Positions 27,109 to 27,608 of a stretch of 27,608 bases of DNA are shown piece after piece. Position 1 is the stretch's first letter, and each line of letters opens with the position of its first letter. The translations under genes and the position numbers were made by a program. The notes beneath the pieces are model-generated. The model did no database searches and was not told where the DNA came from. It was given only the letters and a program-made list of their open reading frames with translations. The stretch is from Gammaproteobacteria bacterium. Its GTDB lineage: Bacteria; Pseudomonadota; Gammaproteobacteria; Pseudomonadales; UBA3067. Location: assembly GCA_019090565.1 (NCBI GenBank), contig JAHRVS010000089.1, positions 1 to 27,608 on the forward strand, read 5' to 3'.

Positions 27109-27608
27109 ATTAAACACCTTTGGATAATTATTTTTGCAGCGGTTTTAATTTGGTCTGGCATAAACCCCAAGGATCAATTCACTTGGTTTCTTGAAGTTTC
27201 GCCCGCTATGATCGCTGGGATTTTACTTGCAATCACTTATAATTCATTTCGGCTTACCTCGATATTATATTTTTTCATACTCTTTCACTGTGTTGTATTA
27301 ATGATCGGCGGGCACTACACCTATGCAGAAGTTCCATTATTTGATGGCTTATTCGGCTCACAAAGAAATAACTATGATAAGTTGGGCCACTTTTTTCAAG
27401 GCTTTGTTCCGGCACTCCTAGCCAGGGAAATATTGATACGCAAAACTGTTGTAAATGGAGAACACTGGCGCAGCATAATTATTATTTCTATTTGCTTAGC
27501 TTTCAGTGCGTTCTACGAGCTAATTGAGTGGTGGGTAGCGCTAGCTTCCGGCGAAGATGCCGAGGCATTTTTAGGAACACAAGGCTATGTTTGGGATACA
27601 CAATCAGA
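27109..27608 (+). CDS. DUF2238/YjdF-like inner membrane protein (runs off the right edge; absent from the ORF track)
   Basis: Manual translation: (I)KHLWIIIFAAVLIWSGINPKDQFTWFLEV…IGGHYTYAEVP…RNNYDKLGHFFQGFVPA…FYELIEWW…FLGTQGYVWDTQS, with no stop before the window end. Confidence 0.88.
   Translation, partial: MKHLWIIIFAAVLIWSGINPKDQFTWFLEVSPAMIAGILLAITYNSFRLTSILYFFILFHCVVLMIGGHYTYAEVPLFDGLFGSQRNNYDKLGHFFQGFVPALLAREILIRKTVVNGEHWRSIIIISICLAFSAFYELIEWWVALASGEDAEAFLGTQGYVWDTQS

Overview
Gammaproteobacterial chromosomal window in three parts. (1) 100-13993: a two-gene NRPS operon on the minus strand (FAAL-ACP-C-A-PCP, then C-A-PCP-C-A-PCP). Manually read A-domain codes suggest acyl-Thr-(Leu-like)-Ser. 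It ends on a bare PCP plus an acidic helix, with no TE, reductase or epimerase domain. A TolC gene with an unusually long Cys-paired loop is transcribed divergently, and the shared intergenic region carries 10-bp-phased direct repeats. (2) 14170-26091: a housekeeping block of diguanylate cyclase, dsbA, cytochromes c4 and c5, engB, polA, thrB, znuA, a Zur box, zur, znuC and znuB, similar in order to the Pseudomonas block. (3) 26092-27608: an AT-rich run of small co-oriented genes separated by degenerate attC-like sequences, possibly a decayed cassette array, including a DUF2238 gene with an apparent ATT start that the ORF track missed. No rRNA, tRNA, CRISPR array, transposase or integrase was recognised. 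All family assignments come from motif recognition, not database searches.
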